Positions 31,345-45,140 of a stretch of 64,000 bases of DNA are shown piece after piece. Each line of letters begins with the position of its first letter. The stretch's first letter is position 1. The notes beneath the pieces were generated by a model that did no database searches, was not told the DNA's origin, and worked only from the letters and a program-made list of their open reading frames with translations. The position numbers and the translations under genes were made by a program. The DNA is from the human T2T-CHM13v2.0 reference genome, Homo sapiens, in NCBI RefSeq assembly GCF_009914755.1, contig NC_060936.1; one strand, given 5' to 3'.

Positions 31345-31735
31345 ATCATAGACTGATGGCTATTCCTGGGCACATGGCTACCCAGAACAAAGACTTCATT
31401 TCCTACCCTCCCTTGCAAATAGGTGTGGTTGCATGACTAAGCTGTCACTAAGAAAATGTAAATGGAAGTGGTGTATAAAATGTCTGGATCGTGTCCTTAA
31501 ACTACAGGATTGTGCCCCTGATGACCCTATTTTCTTTATCTTACTGTTTGAAAGAGGAATTCTTGGAGCTCTCTCTACTTTGAAACTTTAGAATAAAGAC
31601 CACATCACCAAATAAATCTGCAGATTACCATAACAGCCTTGAATTACCTAAATTCATACTTTCATGAGAAACAAACCTTCACCATATTTGAGCTACTGTC
31701 ATTTTGTGTTTCTATCACATCTATGCAAACCTAAA
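31345..31735 (+). mobile_element. Old MLT1 (J/K-like) LTR fragment
   Basis: cctgggcacatggctacccagaacaaagact...ccttgcaaataggtgtgg...catgactaag. Confidence 0.55.
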
Positions 31736-32941
31736 TAAATTACCATCTTACAGGCTTTTATGCTATTCCTGATAAAGACTATTAAGCCTAACTGAATTCT
31801 GATAACTAGATACATAAATCAGATCTTTTATCTTTTGTTATTCATTTGTGTATTGACAAAGATAATAGTTATGTGAATAATGTAGACATACGCTTGTCCA
31901 AAAATTATAGTCCTATAAATGTAAGTAGATTAAAAAATGTTACAGCTTTCAAAATTTGTATTTGGTAAGATTGAGAGCTATCATCTCAGCTTACAAAAAT
32001 AATGTATATTTTATAACACTGCTTTCAATTTAATTGCAATCACAAGAGTACTGAGAGATAACGAAATCAACTACCCTGAAGAAAAAATGTCTGAAGAATA
32101 AGCATATTTATAGCCCAACATTACAATTAGTCTTTTAAGTAACAGTAAACAAATGTTTCTAAAAGCTTTTGAAGTGAAAAACATTTTAATCACTTAAGTC
32201 AGAAAACACCATTACCCTGCAGAATCAGTAGAACTGGTGATAATAATAAATTGAATTGTCTTGCTAAATTACTCAGTGAGTATGAATGTTCATGATTCAC
32301 TACTCAAAAGTAAACAAACACAAAAATGCCTTTGAAAGAAAGCAACTTTCAGTAGTCAGAACGATAAACTATTAGCGCTGCCATTTAAATTAGGAACATT
32401 GAAGAAATTGAAGATGAAACCCAGCAATATAACAGATTTTTGTACCAAAGACTGATTTCTGCACAAAAGACTGGTGAGAGGCACTAGAAGGAATGCAAGA
32501 AAAGGAGCATTCTAAACACAGTGTCAAGGATAGAGTTGAGTTATCCTAGGGAAAGAGTTAAGGAAACCAGAAGCAAAGACATTCAAGAAATAGTAATGCA
32601 GGAATCTCAATGGAGATGAAAATCAAACTGGTTACTCAAGTACAGTTAGGATAGGTGAAACTCCAAAAGATCACTCCAGGTGGCTGGCTAATCATTATCA
32701 GAGAGTGATAACAGATGGATCAGGGGGTCAGGAGTGAAAAATGCCATTTGAGGTGAAGGCTACTAGGCAACATGAGATTCCAGGCAGAAAACATGGTCAG
32801 TGAGAGCACAGAGGAATGAGGCAGATCTCAGTCATTAAGAACTCGGGATACAGGAAAAGAATCAAGTTTCCCAAGGCATTTCTGGGATACCCAAGTTAAT
32901 ATTTGTGAGCTATGAGAGGGGTACCCAGTACTTAGTCATGG

Positions 32942-33315
32942 TGATAGCGACAGGAGATCGACAAATTCCAAGGCAGACAGCAGCGGGTCCCTGGTAGGGC
33001 TCAACCTTCAACCTGAGGACTGAGCTGCCAGTTCCAGATAGAGTCCATGACTGGAGTGAAAACTTCTATCCCTGTCTTACCTACTCTACTCTCTCTCTGA
33101 ATTGGTTCCTTCTGGATAGTGCCTTTTAACCAACTGAATGATGCTTTTTCCAAGACCACTCATGGACCAATCCGCATGAACGCCCCCATTCCAAGCTCAT
33201 AATAACCCCGGACTCAGCCATACAGACAGCTACCCATTTCTGGTCACCTCTCACTATCGAGAACTTTTCTGTCACTCAATAAAATTCTACTCTGCCTTGC
33301 ACATTCTCTGGTGTG
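32942..33315 (+). mobile_element. ERV1-class LTR (MER50-like), 3'-truncated
   Basis: tgatagcgacaggag...gctgccagttcc...catggaccaatc...ctcaataaaattc. Confidence 0.7.
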
Positions 33316-36205
33316 AAAGGTAAAAGATACAAAACAGACATCAGAGACTTAGAAATTTTATGTACATAAAGATGCATTAAAAATCATAAAGGAAATATAC
33401 AGTTTAGTAGACTAATGGATAGTTATTTTCTTATTTAAATTTTTATGTTATATATGTGCCAGTTTTATGCTAAAGGGAATAACTAAATTTATTTTTAAAA
33501 TAAATTCAGCTTATGAAACTTTAAAATTTTACATTCAAAGCTTTAAGCAATTTCAGATGCAGAGATTAATAACTAATGAAATTTATAATATCAAAGAAGC
33601 AATAATAACTAATATTGCCAGCGGAGTTATTAGGGTAAATCACATATAAAAGACAGAACTTGGATGTTATTTTTTTTTTTAAAAAAAGAAAGGAAAACTA
33701 AAAACAGATCAAAGTAGAAACACGTTCTTTAGTCAATCCTTGGCAAAGAGGCTTTACCAATCTCTAATGAAGAGAAATTGATGTCAGACCCTACATAATA
33801 ATTATGTACTTTGCTTTATATAATTATTACAATTTTACTGTACAATAATGTAGATTTAGCCACCATTACATTTTTTGTTGTCTTCATAAAATTCTTAATT
33901 ATAAAACCCTTTCTTGGTTAGTTTCAGCTAGATAACTAAATTGAATGAACTATATCACCTTTATAATTAAGATTCTGTTATCTAACAGGAAAATTGAAGT
34001 AAGCAATTTTTCATATGGAATATTATTCTATTAAATGTCAACCCAGGATGGGTTTGATGCATAATACAAAAAAAGATACCAAGACATCTCTGGAACATTT
34101 CAAAGTGTATTATCAACCAAAAAAATCCTCAAATTTTGGTTTGAAAAAAAAAAAACCCTCAAATAGTAACCAGTTGACAGGAAGCCTGCTTATAAAGAAA
34201 TGGAATTCCAGTTACTATTGATAATGTTTGCAATGCTAAATTTAGTCCTTTCTAGGAGACAGTTCCCTAACAGCTGAAGAAAATAACCTAAAAAAAAAAT
34301 AAGATCCGCCTGTTCTGCCCTGTGAAGACATGCAAATCCATAACGTATTCCTCCCTTTTGCTCTCCATGCCACGGTTGAAGTTCAAGATGTTTCCAGCCC
34401 TATTAAAATCTATCCTTCTTGGATAACATGCTATTCTTTGATAAGCTGAGATAAGCAACTTACCAGTTCATGCTGAGCTGTAACAGTTACTAATGAGCTG
34501 CTTCTCAGGTTGTAGTGTTGCCTTCTGAGATACAAAATTCTTGAACAGTAGAAAAATGATTTATTGGTGAATGACCCAGGCACTGATAAGCAAGAATAAT
34601 TATGATATTTTAGGGAGAAAACTTTTGTTTGACCTCAAAATACTTCATACACCATTTTAGGTAGGTCTGGCTGTGTTTAAGTGTCTGTCCTTTGCCATCA
34701 TGAGGTATCAGAAGGATGCATTTTCTCTTGCCTCGCTATTCTGTGGATCAGGATTTGCCGTAGAGAAAACATGCATGATAACAAGCTTCCTTATAACTGG
34801 TAAATCTATAAACCCCTTTAGCTTCCCTGAAAATAAATAGCAGAAAATGGAAAAATTATATTTCTAAGTTTTTGTATTTTTTTGATAAATGTTCAGTCTT
34901 CCCAAAATGTTTTGGAAAGATTAGAAAATAGAAAAAAAGCATACACCTTGAAAGCTTCAAATCACGGAGATAAAGCTAAACAGGTCTAAGGCCATTTGAG
35001 GCAGAAAATGCTTTCAATCAGTTTCCTCATCAGGTCATCAAATGTGACTTTGCCTTTAAGCAGTGACTTCTTTACGCTCATTCTTTAAAACTTAAGTTTC
35101 TTAAAATGAAAGGCTTTGGTTTATTTCTAAATAGAAGGCTATGATGAATGAGGTGTTTTATTGTTTTTCTCAAAGTCTTTCAGTCTTCCTAAAAGAGGCC
35201 ACTTTGTATTTTTATTTGCAAGATTTAATATTAAGCTAGTTAACATAAAATGAATCTTTCACCCACAAGAGCAAATTGTTTTCACTCTCTGTCTGTATTT
35301 GTTACAGTTTATCTTGTGAAATTAGGTTTACAACCAAATTTTAATATATAGTTGATGATAATGGAGTTTTTGACTAGTTCAGAGACCAGAACGCAAATCA
35401 GCTAATTAAGAACCAATTAACTGACCTCTAGTTCTATTACTAATTTTTTTTGGCAGCCATTGCCCTAGTCTGCTATGTGAATGGAAACATATTTCCAAGA
35501 TAAACACTCCCTTCTTCTGAGGATGAGGATAATAAGAATGCCAGTCTCTTAAGATCATTTTGAAGATTAAGAAGAAGCATAAAAAACTTGTGGCACATGT
35601 AAAATCTCTTAAAGGTTATTATTGTCATTAGTAAATAAAAATAAATAGGAAGAAGAAATAATAAACTATTGATTGGTAGATATGACATTATATTAACAGG
35701 TTACAGAAAAAAACACACACATAAACATATCTTCTCTAACAGTCTGAATAGGCCTATAATTGGAAAGTGCAAAACAATGGGAAAAAAGCAGTAGCAGTTC
35801 ATTAGAGGTAAGAATGTAATGAGAAAGACAAAGTAGTTTTAATATGCTCAAGTATCCAAGTCCTTATTAATTTTATAACAGATTAATGAAAGAACATTTA
35901 TATACCATCTAGGAACATTTATATTAAAAGAAATCAAGAATATTAGGAGAACTGCTCGAATTTCCAAAATCAAGGTACTAGTAACTACTGGAAATGACAA
36001 CCTCACGGTTGATACTTAGTAAATTTCTAGAATCAATTGTTAAAGAAATTGTTTATTAGTATGTGAAAAATAAGATGACCTGCAGGGAGCATCATTGCTC
36101 ACTTACTCAAAGTAAGGAACAGTAAAATAATTTTGATCATATTATCTTATCCGTTGATTAGGGAAATGTCAGAGAGAAATATATCGTCACTTCAATAAAA
36201 CAGTA

Positions 36206-36825
36206 TGATATGGTTTGGCTGTGTCCCCACCCAAATCTCATTTTGAATTGTAACTCCCACAATTCCCATGTGTCATGAGAGGAACCCGGTGGGAGGTAAT
36301 TGGAACCTTCACTGTTCTTGTGATAGTGAATAAGTCTCATGAGATCTGATGGTTTTAAAAAGAGGAATTCCCCTGCATGAACTCTCTTTTTGCCTGCTGC
36401 CATCCATATAAGACATGACTTGCTCCTCCTTGCCTTCTGCCATGATTGTGAGGCCTCCCTAGCCATGTGGAACTGTGAGTCCATTATACTCTTTTTCCTG
36501 TATAAATTACCCATTCTCGGGTATGTCTTTATCAGCAGCGTGAAAACAGACTAATACAGTAAATTGGTACCAGTAGAGCAGGGCATTGCTGAAAAGATAC
36601 CCAAAAATGTGGAAACAACTTTGGAACTGGGTAACAGAAAGAGGTTGGAACAGTTTGGAGGGCTCAAAAGAAGACAGGAAAATGTGGGAAAGTTTGGAAC
36701 TGCCTAGAGGCTTGTTGAATAGCTTAACAAAAATGCTGATAGTGATATGAACAATAAGGTCCAGGCTGAGGTGGCCTCAGTTGGAGATGAGGAACTTGTT
36801 GGGAACTGGAGCAAAGGTGACTCTT
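36206..36825 (+). mobile_element. THE1 LTR (36206-36558) plus first ~270 bp of THE1 internal sequence
   Basis: tgatatggtttggctgtgtccccacccaaatctc...ctaataca, then gtaaattggtaccagtagag...gggaactggagcaaaggtgactct. Confidence 0.92.
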
Positions 36826-38860
36826 AGTTAGGGTCTGTTTGTTTCAAATTAAAGAAATCTTTTTAGTATTTCTTATAAGGCAGTTCTAATGGCAGATTAA
36901 CTCTTACAGCTTTTATTAGCCTGTAAAAGTCTTTATCATAGTTGTACAGCTAAATAACAGCCTTGCTTGGTATAGTATTCTTAGTTTACAGGGTTTTTTT
37001 TTTGCTTTCAGCACTCTGAATATATCATTCCACTCTCTCCTTGTCTGCAAGGTTTCTACTAAGAAATCTTCTGATAGTCTTATGACTGTTCCTTTGTATG
37101 TGATGAGTTGCTTTTCTCCTGCTTTCAAAATTCTGTTTTTAATTTTTAGAATTGATAATAATGTGCCTTAGGGAATATCTCTTTCTATTTAATTTATTTG
37201 TGGTTATTTGGGCTTCATGGATATAGATGCTCTTTCTCTTCTCCAGATTTTGGAAGTTATCTGTCATTATTTTTTTGAATAAGCTCTCCTCTCCTTTCTC
37301 TCTCTCCATTACTTTTGGGACCCTCATAGTTTATATAATGGTTCACATGATGGTATCTTATAAGTCATATATGCTATCTTCACTTTTTAAATTTTTTTTC
37401 TTTTGCTCCTTTGAGTAATTTCAGATCTCTTGTCTTTAAGCTAATTTTTCCTTCTGCTTGATTGAGTTTGCTATAGAAGCTCTCTGTATAATTTTTATTT
37501 CAGTCATTATATTCTTCTGCTACAGGATTTCTGATTGCTTTTTAAATAGCTTCTATCTTTTTGTTCAAATTATTTTGTTTATGTATTTTTGTGTGGTTTT
37601 TCTACGAGTTTCCTACCTGTATTCTCTTGTAGTCCACTTAATGTCTTTAAGATGATTATTTTGAATTAATTGTCAGGCAGTTTGTGGATTTTCATTTCTT
37701 TGGGGTCAGTTACTGGTGATTTATTTTGTTTCTTTGGTGATGTCATGTTTCCCTGACTATTCAATTTTTTATGATCATTATGGCCTTCCATTGGGTCTGC
37801 ACATTTGAAGTAGACAACTTTTGCAGTTTTTACAGATTGGCTTTGCAGTGAAATCCCTTCACCAGTCACTTCATCCAGAAATTCTTGGTGGGCCTCTGAT
37901 TGGGTTTGTGGGTAAGATTACTTCTGCAGTCCTTAGGCAGGGTAGCCTGATGTCTTGCGGGGGTCAGTGAGTGGTTGTACCTGAAGCCTGAGTTGCATGG
38001 GCACACCATGGTTCTGGGTCCATGAAGACCTATCTGGCACCTAGATCTGCAGGGGCCAGCCCAGCATCAGGATCTATCAGTGTACACCTGGACTCTGGAT
38101 CTGTTGGAGCCTATGCCTGTGGGAACTGGGAGCCTGGCTCTTCAGAGGCTATTCTGAAAGATGAGTCTGTGGAGGTTAGCCTGGAGCTGGGTTGGTCTAG
38201 AGGCAGGGTTCCAGTTGGCACGCCTGAGTCATGGGTACATATGAGCAGTATTAAAACCTGGGTTTGTGGGGGATGGTCTGAGACTAGAGTCACCTACTCA
38301 CATGGCTCTGGACCCTGGGTCTGCTGGAGCAAGCATTTGTTGGGGCCAGTTTTAGGCCTGGGACCAAAGGGACCAGCCTGGTGCTGGAAGGACACAGAAT
38401 GTAGAGCTGCAGGGGCTAGCTTGCAGACTAAGTCTGCAGATGTCAGCCTGATGCCTGAGCCTATAAAGGCTGTCCTGGAATTTGTGTCCGTAGGTGCCAG
38501 CCTGAAGCCTGGGGTCAGAGGAGGCGGGGTAGCATTGGGTTTTACTGGGGCATGTCTGATACTAGGGTCCATAGCACTTCCCTCCCCTTCTTCAAAGCAG
38601 AAGATATCTCTCTCCATGCTGTGTTGCCTGGGATTGTGGGGAGGATGATGCAGATAATGTGAAACTGTTCTTCCTACTCTTACTCTCTTTAATGTGACGT
38701 TTCTTATTTCAGCGCTGTACCCATATGCCATAATCTCTTACATGGATTCCTTAGCTCTTGTGAAGGTATGCTTATACATTGTTATTTGTTCAAATTATCA
38801 TTTTCATGAGTGCATAAATGCTGTAAGGTTTTATTCTGCCATCTTGCTGATGTCACTTTC
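36826..38860 (-). mobile_element. Ancient L1M 5' portion (GC-rich 5'UTR plus ORF1 remnant)
   Basis: ORF1-like peptides (ITYKGTVIRLSEDFLVETLQTRREWNDIF; PVTDPKEMKI). 5' end rc gtgacatcagcaagatggcag. Confidence 0.85.
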
Positions 38861-38950
38861 TGAAAGCTCTGTATGAGTATTAGTTAACCATCAATGTAAT
38901 ACAAATTAATAGCAGAATATAGATAGTAAGAAAGCTAGCACATTAGTTTC

Positions 38951-39359
38951 TGATATGGTTTGGATCTGTGTCCCCACTCAAATCTTATATAGAGTTATAA
39001 TCCTCAATGTTGGAGGTAGGACCCAGTGGGAGGTGATTGGATCACAGGGGAGGTTTCTGAGGAATCTCAGCACCATCTCTCTAGTGCTGTTCTCCTAACA
39101 GAGTTCCCATGAGATCTGGCTGTTTAAAAGTGTATAGCATCTCCCTTCTCACTTTTTTCCCCTCTTCTGGCCATGTGAAGTTCCGTGTTTCCCTTCACCT
39201 TACTCCATGTTGTAAGTTTCCTGAGGCCTCCCTAGAAGCTGAGGAGATGCCACCATGCTTCCTGTGGGGCCTGTAGAGTCATAAGCCAATTAAATATCTT
39301 TTTGTATATAAATTACCCAGGCTCAGGCATTTATTTATAGCAGTGAGAGAACTAATACA
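38951..39359 (+). mobile_element. MSTA-like solo LTR, imperfect 5-bp TSD gtttc/gttgc
   Basis: tgatatggtttggatctgtgtcccc...actaataca. Confidence 0.9.
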
Positions 39360-39849
39360 GTTGCCAAAAATAGAAAATTATGTTTATCATAGGAATAAGT
39401 ATCCTATTGTATTCTATTCTAAATAAACCAAATCAGCTTACAGACTTCTGTTTTTCTCAGTGTGTTTTTTAAAAAGACATTAATAGAAATATACTTGTGA
39501 GGGGGCATTTTGACTTGTTATGAAAAAGAGAATAATGTAACATATGAATGAGCTGGGCAAGTTTAAACAAAAGGAAATTTTTTTAAAAAAGGCAAGATCT
39601 TAAATATTTAAACTATAATCATTTAGGAGTGGGTTTACCATGTGTTGTTTCTAAAAGTAAAACTAAAATTAGTGAATGAAGGTCATGTAGTGGTAGAACT
39701 CTTGTCAAGATTCAAAGAACAATGGGTTTTTATGAGGTATTGAGTTTCATACTATAAAACGAATTCATCTGTAGGATCACAGAATAAAAATAATACTAAG
39801 GAAGATAAATCAACTTCTCTTTAATGTCCAGCCTCAATGAGTACAGCTA

Positions 39850-39980
39850 TATAATTGAGGTTGAGAGATTCTGGAGGCAAACTTCCTGGGTTCAATTTCC
39901 ATCTTCCTTACTCATTTTCAATATTATTTTGTGCAAATTACTTAATATCTTTGTACCTCAATTTCCTTACCTATAAAATG
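39850..39980 (+). mobile_element. MIR fragment; continues at about 40303-40378 after MER46C
   Basis: ttctggaggcaaacttcctgggttcaa...gcaaattacttaat...cctcaatttcctt...tataaaatg. Confidence 0.65.
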
Positions 39981-40301
39981 CAGGTCTCTCAAGCACAATT
40001 ATAAAATCCAAAATTTTTCAAAGTTAAAATTTTTTTAAGGTTACAGCAAACTTATTTGACAAAAAGAATATATTTGAAAAGATATGAGTTACTTATAGCA
40101 ATATTTTCTCATGTAGTGTGAACATTTACAAGTTTCTTCATAGAAATGTTAATCTGTTTGATTGTGTTGTGCTGCCCCCAGACCCTTCTGGGGGTGATAT
40201 ATATTTATAATATATGCACTGTATTATTTTTCTGAATGCTTAAAACCTCTAATTTTTTAAACACATCTGTACCTAATCATTTCAGCAAAACTGTACACTT
40301 G
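39981..40301 (+). mobile_element. MER46C-like TcMar-Tigger MITE
   Basis: gtgctgcccccagacccttctgggggtg, tatatgcactgtatta, aaacacatctg. Confidence 0.7.
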
Positions 40302-40378
40302 TAATACCTATGACCTCATAAGGTTATATTAATTAGGTATACAGAAAAAAGCCAGGCACAGATAAATGCATAACATAT

Positions 40379-40741
40379 TGTATTAGTCTGTTTTTATGCT
40401 GCTGATAAAGACATACTTGAGACTGGGTAATTTATAAAGAAAAAAAATATTTAATGGACTCACAGTTCCATGTGGCTAAGGAGGCCTCACAATCATGGTG
40501 GAAGGCAAAAGGCATGTCTTACATGGCAGCAGACAAGAGAGAATCGGAGACAAGTGAAAGGGAAAACCCCTTATAAAATCATCAAATCTCATGAGATTTA
40601 TTAACTACCAAGAGAACAGTATGGGGGAAACTGCTCCCATGATTTAATTTTCTCCCACCGGGTCCCTCCCACAACACAAAGGAATTATGGAAGCTACAAT
40701 TCAAGATGAGAGTTGAGTGGGGACACAACAAAACCATATCA
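40379..40741 (-). mobile_element. THE1 solo LTR, imperfect TSD catat/cacat
   Basis: tgtattagtctgttt...gctgataaagacatac...ggggacaca...aaaccatatca. Confidence 0.92.
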
Positions 40742-41222
40742 CACATGTTAGCTACTACCACTAAAAAAATTATTTTATTTTCTCTATCCCTTATATTCAG
40801 AACAAAGTCATGAAAAGGAAAAATATTATTTCTTTATCACATAAAAAAGTGACACCGTGCACATTGGTACTTGTAAACTTGTATAACTAAGACTTTTTAG
40901 CAGTGCTCTTACAAAAGATTTCAACTTATTAGAAATCCTATAATCTTTAATTTCTCATAGTTGAAGAGTGTTAAAAAATTACTTTCATGGAAAAAGTTTA
41001 AGCCATCTTCTGTATATAAATAGAACAAAAATTGAGAGCATATACTTAAAATGGTAAAACTTTGAAATGCATTTTCATCCAAGACAAAAAACAAAATAAA
41101 TGATAAAATGAAATGCATTTCTGTGAAATATATTCCGGTGTTCTTTGCAATTCTAAGAATTTTACTTCTTTTTAGAGAACATGATTTTCGTATGTGTGAA
41201 GAGTTCATACTTACAGCGTAAC

Positions 41223-41371
41223 TTTTCTTTCTCTCTTTTTTTTTTTTTTTTTTTTTTGAGATGGAGTCTCGCTCTGTCACCCAGGCTGGAGTGCAGTGGC
41301 ACTATCTCGGCTCACTGCAAGCTCCGCCTCCTGGGTTCATGCCATTCTCCTGCCTCAGCCTCCCGAGTAGC
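41223..41371 (-). mobile_element. 5'-truncated AluY-type right arm with poly-A tail
   Basis: Poly-T then gagatggagtctcgctctgtc...gcaagctccgcctcc...gccattctcc. Confidence 0.9.
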
Positions 41372-41529
41372 CACAGTCTAAGAACTTGTAACTTATAAAC
41401 TAAGAACCTTATATTTAAAGTATGACTTTAAATCCTTACAAATCTTTCTAGATAGACCTGGATAGCATCCATTTATTTCACAAGTTTCAAAGAAATATGT
41501 ACACTCTACACATACTTTTGAACAATCCT

Positions 41530-41972
41530 GTTCTAGTAGTCCATTTTCTGTTGGTATAAAATAATATCTGGGACTGCGTAATTTATCAAAAAAAAAAGAG
41601 GTTTATTTAGTTCTACAGGCTGAGAAATTTGAGGGCATAGCCTTGGCTTCAGGCGAGGGTTGTGTTGTGTCACAATACGGCAGATAAGTCAAAGAGGAAG
41701 TGGATACCTGCAAAGACGGAGGAGGGGGAAACAGTAGAGGAACTTTGCTTTATAACAACCTGCTCTTGTGGGAACTAGTTCATTCCTGAGAGAACTAGTC
41801 CAATGTCCAAGAGCAAGAACTTATTACTGAGAGAATGGAACCAAGTCATTCATGAGGTATTTACCCCAATGACCCACTTTCCATTGGGCCCCACTTCCCA
41901 ACACCACCACAATGGGGGTCAATTTTCAACATGAGCTTTTGAGGGGCCAAACAAACCATATCCAATCACAAC
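41530..41972 (-). mobile_element. MST-type MaLR LTR
   Basis: tagtccattttctgttg...ggccccacttcccaacacc...tttcaacatgag...caaaccatatccaa. Confidence 0.75.
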
Positions 41973-42989
41973 ACCTAAATATTGTATAATATCAGAGACA
42001 AAGATATTATCGCTCAGGTAGAAAAAAATTGAATTCTCAAAAAATAGCCAGCTCAGAATGAGACTGTAGAGTTTAGAGCAGAGGGTTGGATATTACAATG
42101 GTAAATTCATGAATACCGACATCACCGAATAATTGATGACAGCCACAGAGTTAAATAGCGTCATAAAATTGTAGAATATCACTTGCTAAAAAGTGATATT
42201 GTTGTGAAGAAGAATGTACACCTTTCTCTATTTTTAATATTTTAACATTTCCTAGAAGATATCAAGAAATAATAGGAATTGGATATTTCTGTCTTATCCT
42301 CATTCTCAGTTTAATAACTGGAGGATGATTATGTTCACTGAGTCAGTGAGCCTAGGAGGAAAAGCAGCCTGAGACTTAACAGTAAAATGAAAGGCTGCAG
42401 TTTTGTCTGTCAAAACCCAAGTCCCTTTAGGACATCCAACTGGAGAGCTCTGGTAGAAACTTAATTCTCCTTCATATTTTCCTTAAAGAGAGATAAGTAT
42501 CAGAATAATACTATTCTGTCCCCCTCATTATTTCTTTCTCAAACATCTCTCCATGTGTGTGAAAAAACAACTAATCTATTTGCCAAGTTAGAGAAACTTT
42601 GACATCCTTTGAGTTAAATTGACAAGAGTGGGGCCAAAAAAAAAATTAGTGAAGATTTATCTCTTTTCTCTCTCTGTTGTTCCTCTGCTGCATGGAATAT
42701 GAGAAAGGTCATAGTTTTCTCTTCTAACCTGAAGGCAAGAAGAGAGAGAAAGGGGGGCGAGGGAGAGAGAGTATATGGGTACGTACCGAGGATGGTTGGC
42801 AGGAAAGTGAAAAAATGAATGGGAGTTTTGTCACTTTCTCCAACTTAGAAATTACCAAATAGCTCTAATCTAAAATTAATGTTTCATTTTCATCTCCATA
42901 TGGATCCTTATTTTGTTTTCCCCCTCTGGATGAAAACCAAAAAATAATTACTTAGATTATTCAATATTTATCTAGGATAAGAACCTGGA

Positions 42990-43320
42990 TTACTCCAGTC
43001 TCCAAGAAATATATCCAATAGGTGGCTGAAGATACAGGTATACAACCTATGAGAGAGAAATGTTTGGTAATTAGCAAATAAAGGGTCATTGAAGCCACAG
43101 GATCAAATAGGAGATCATTTAAGGAGTGTGAGTTAAGGAAGAGAAGACTTCTGAGACTGGAACTTGAATGAGATGACAAAGAAAAAGACAACTTGTTCAT
43201 GATAGTGAAGTGAAACAGATATGCAGGAAGAAATTCAAAAGGTTCTGGGAATCAAAGTCAAAGTATTTCAAGAAAGAGAGTCATCAAAGGCATCAAATGC
43301 TGCACAGGCCAGATGAGAAC
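42990..43320 (-). mobile_element. L2 fragment
   Basis: Purine-rich text ttgaagccacagga...gagatcat...tttcaagaa...tcaaatgctgca, typical of antisense L2. Confidence 0.5.
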
Positions 43321-43897
43321 ACTTATCCAGAGGCAAAGGCAGAACAATGCATTTTATTCAGACTGACTTGGTGGTGAGTGTTTTATTTATTTACAGCACA
43401 AATCCCAACTTCAGAAGAAAATGGGTTACACACTTGCCTGGGTATGTACTGACTAAAGAGAAAGGCTTTTTACAAGCTCATTCTAAATATGAATTACAGA
43501 GTTTCCTATGGAAATAAAGAAACAGGCAAAAAATCTTTATTCAGTAAAAAAAGATGGCTTTTGTTTGGTGGGGAAGTAATAATAAACAATGGCATCAAGT
43601 AGGATCTGTAGGAATTGGCCTAACATTTAAATACCTGGAGAAGAACTATAAATATTTAACAAGAAAATGAAGATAGGAAACAAAAGTATTGTTACTACTA
43701 TCATGTTATGCCCATAAGTTTTTAGGCCTAAAAATTTGGGATACTATATAAGAATCTTTGTTTTCCTCACTTATAACTATTTATATATTTAATTTGTTCA
43801 ACATATTTATAATAAATAAGAGCTTAGTGTAGTTCTTTGTAATGGACCTGTATACATAAAAAAGATTCCCTTTGTACCTTCAAGCATTTAGTATGTT

Positions 43898-44430
43898 TGT
43901 AGATGAGAAACTAAATATACAAACCAACAATGGCCAATCCGTATATAAAAATAGAACTCTGACCCTCAATCTGCAGTAACTAGCCCAGGAAACAAACTCC
44001 TTACCTATAATAAACAGCTTAGGATGCCAACCTACTATATGCAAGTCAGGCTTGTAAGAAATCAGACCACTATTCACAGTAAATGGTCCAGGAAGCCAAA
44101 TGATAACCTTGTTAACAAGTGGCCCCAAATGCCCTGGACTTGATTAATAATCGATGGCTTCCCCAATTTTTGCATGACTTTAGGACCGTCTAGAGGCATC
44201 CAAATATGTTCTCCAAGCCAATCACATAGGATGCCTCACTTCTAGTTTATCCCACCTATGGCTTTTCCACGCCAGAACCCCTAATCAAGGCACACCTGAA
44301 GGCTTTCCTTTTCCCACTATAAAGCATTCCTATTCCTTTGCCTGCCTTTGAGTCTGTACCAAACACTGCTGATGGTAGCTGACTCCATTGCTATAGCAAG
44401 CTCAGGATAGCCTTCGCTTGTTCTCATTTG
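43898..44430 (+). mobile_element. ERV1 (MER4-group-like) solo LTR
   Basis: aaaatagaactctgaccc...gcccaggaaac...ccaatcacataggatg...cactataaagc (TATA)...gctatagcaagctc. Confidence 0.65.
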
Positions 44431-44631
44431 TTCCCACTCTGGTAAGACTAAAATATAAATCTTTGATCTGGTGATTTATTGAATGCCGTTTATTAGTAAA
44501 CTTTTCCAAAAAGGGGCTGTTGTTAATAGGTTTTTCTAGGCAAACAAAAGTATACAATTTAGCCTCCTCACTATACACTTATTGTCTTTTATCCTCAGAC
44601 AGCACTTTTATTCCGCAAGCAACCATTTTAA

Positions 44632-45140
44632 CCCTTGTCCTGAATGTAGCAAGAATACTCGCCAGCAGTGCTTGCAACTGCAGCATTTACGTAGAGATAA
44701 CTTTGCCATGAAATATCTCGCTTTTATTATTATTTTCACGTTCCTCTGGTATATCAACTTTGGAAACAAAAGACATCATTCTGTTTATAGCATTCTGTGT
44801 TTATTAGTGGTCTGTCCATTTATAAAAATATAGTAATTCTCGATCGCTGAAAATGTCAAATCCTAAAAAATGTCGCATGCCTACATGTTAACATCATTCT
44901 CAAACATTTGTTGGCTGAAGATTCATTTGATGAATCCTATTTTACCGAAATAAACAATTCTGATGATTTAGATGATTCTGATGTTAGTTCTGTTTAGAAA
45001 TAACTCCAAGAGCATTTTTATATTTTATTTTCACATTGAAAATCAGTCAGATTTGCCTCAGCCTTGAAGAGTAGGTTTATGTAAAATTAAATGAGTGCTG
45101 GCAGTAAGCTGTACTTTTTTTTTTCTAAATGGGAAAGGGG
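44632..45140 (+). mobile_element. Full-length MER75 (non-autonomous piggyBac) with TTAA TSDs
   Basis: ttaa|ccctt...gaatactcgcc...tttctaaatgggaaagggg|ttaa; TTAA at 44628-44631 and 45141-45144. Confidence 0.92.

Noticed and set aside
24100-36200. Host exons among the short 60-83 aa ORFs in unique DNA
   Set aside because: No recognisable protein similarity, codon bias or CpG island. Small exons cannot be excluded without transcript data.
38022-38731. 208-aa and 145-aa overlapping ORFs
   Set aside because: They lie in a GC-rich, internally repetitive L1M 5'UTR with few stop codons; no recognisable domain.
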